40,679 nucleotides of DNA from Lachnospiraceae bacterium (GTDB taxonomy: Bacteria > Bacillota > Clostridia > Lachnospirales > Lachnospiraceae): positions 1 to 40,679 of the forward strand of contig JAJBUT010000212.1 in assembly GCA_020860185.1 (NCBI GenBank). The letters run 5' to 3'. Position 1 is the first letter of the stretch. The number at the start of each line of letters is the position of its first letter. Positions 39,926 to 40,679 of this stretch are shown one piece after another. The notes below the pieces were generated by a model. The model did not search any database. It was not told where the DNA came from and saw only the letters and a list, made by a program, of their open reading frames with translations. Made by a program: the position numbers and the translations under genes.

Positions 39926-40007
39926 GAGCAAGAGGCAGCTTTTACCTCATACTCGTTGCGCGGGGCGCGTGCAGCAAAACCGCAAAATTTCCTTACGCGC
40001 GCCTGTG
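39926..40007 (-). repeat. 82-bp structured intergenic repeat, copy B (inverted relative to copy A)
   Basis: Minus strand CACAGGCGCGCGTAAGGAAATTTTGCGGTTTTGCTGCACGCGCCCCGCGCAACGAGTATGAGGTAAAAGCTGCCTCTTGCTC. Confidence 0.85.
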
Positions 40008-40050
40008 AATATCTTATGATAGCTCGGATTGCTTCCGCAATCCTGCATCA

Positions 40051-40679
40051 TCATTTTCCAAAACCGCAATTGGGGAAGGTACACACGCCGCAGTTCAGGC
40101 ATAGTCCGCCCTCGCCCAGACCCGCAATATCCTCCTGCGTGATCTCATCGTCCGCCAGCACGCGCGGCAGAACCAGATCAAAAATCGTGCGCTTTGCGTA
40201 CATCACGCAGCCGGGCAGACCCAGAATCGGAATCTGACGGCCTTCCTTCTCGTAATAGGAGACAAGCATCATCGCGCCCGGAAGGACCGGCGCTCCATAG
40301 GTGATAATGCGTGCGCCGGTATTCATGATGGCGCCCGGCGTGCAGTCGTCCGGGTCAACGCTCATACCGCCGGTGCAGATCACCAGCTCCGCGCCCGCGT
40401 CCAGCTGTTTGAAGATCGCCTCCGTGATATGCTCCTTCTCATCGTCCACATAGATCTGACCGATGACCTCGCAGCCGTACTCCTCCACCTTTGCGTAGAT
40501 GACCGGACCGAAGGTGTCTTTAATCCGTCCCTTGAACACCTCGCTGCCGGTGGTGACGATCCCGACCCTTTTCTTCTGAATCGGAAGGACATCGAAAAGC
40601 GGCGTCTCGCCCGCCGCCCTCTTCGCAGCCTCCATTTTATCCTTTTCGATCACAAGCGGAAGGATCCGGGTCTCTGGGA
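40051..40679 (-). CDS. Molybdopterin-binding (MoeA-like) protein, 5' end beyond the window
   Basis: TTGSEV-x2-GRI-x-D-x-F, TGGMSVDPDD-x-TP, YGAPVLPG-x-M, GLPGCVM and GGLC-x2-C-x2-C-x-FP-x-C-x-FGK; frame open to the window edge. Confidence 0.88.
   Translation of the reverse strand, partial: PETRILPLVIEKDKMEAAKRAAGETPLFDVLPIQKKRVGIVTTGSEVFKGRIKDTFGPVIYAKVEEYGCEVIGQIYVDDEKEHITEAIFKQLDAGAELVICTGGMSVDPDDCTPGAIMNTGARIITYGAPVLPGAMMLVSYYEKEGRQIPILGLPGCVMYAKRTIFDLVLPRVLADDEITQEDIAGLGEGGLCLNCGVCTFPNCGFGK

Overview
A 40.7-kb chromosomal window from a Clostridia-class anaerobe. It looks Lachnospiraceae-like, inferred from the two-domain SSB, the glnA-ANTAR-dapL arrangement and the lipoprotein solute-binding proteins. 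Housekeeping genes (cobO, ssb, typA, dapL, glnA, His6-type hisA, guaB) are interleaved with a dispersed system that appears to degrade plant polyphenols anaerobically. That system comprises a prFMN-dependent gallate/protocatechuate decarboxylase set (lpdC/UbiD, lpdB/UbiX, lpdD), a two-subunit Mo-bis-MGD pyrogallol-phloroglucinol transhydroxylase (athL/bthL, the Pelobacter acidigallici type), Moco genes (moaA, moeA, moaC, a MobA-MobB fusion, a MoeA-like protein) and three uptake systems (SLC13, TRAP, sodium:solute symporter). Reading the intergenic DNA shows what ties these units together. Eight promoters carry the same dyad CTGTATAG-N3-CTATACAG overlapping the -35 box, and five of them have the 19-bp spacer typical of MerR-family activation. 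A BltR/BmrR-type MerR gene lies in the window. Further unexplained structure: a GAGTAGAG octamer just after four of these promoters whose complement is the loop of a long hairpin in the athL leader, two unannotated ~35-aa membrane micro-ORFs after the symporter, and an 82-bp structured repeat present twice in inverted orientation. No rRNA, tRNA, CRISPR array or transposase was recognised. All homology calls are from recognition of motifs and remembered sequences, not from database searches.
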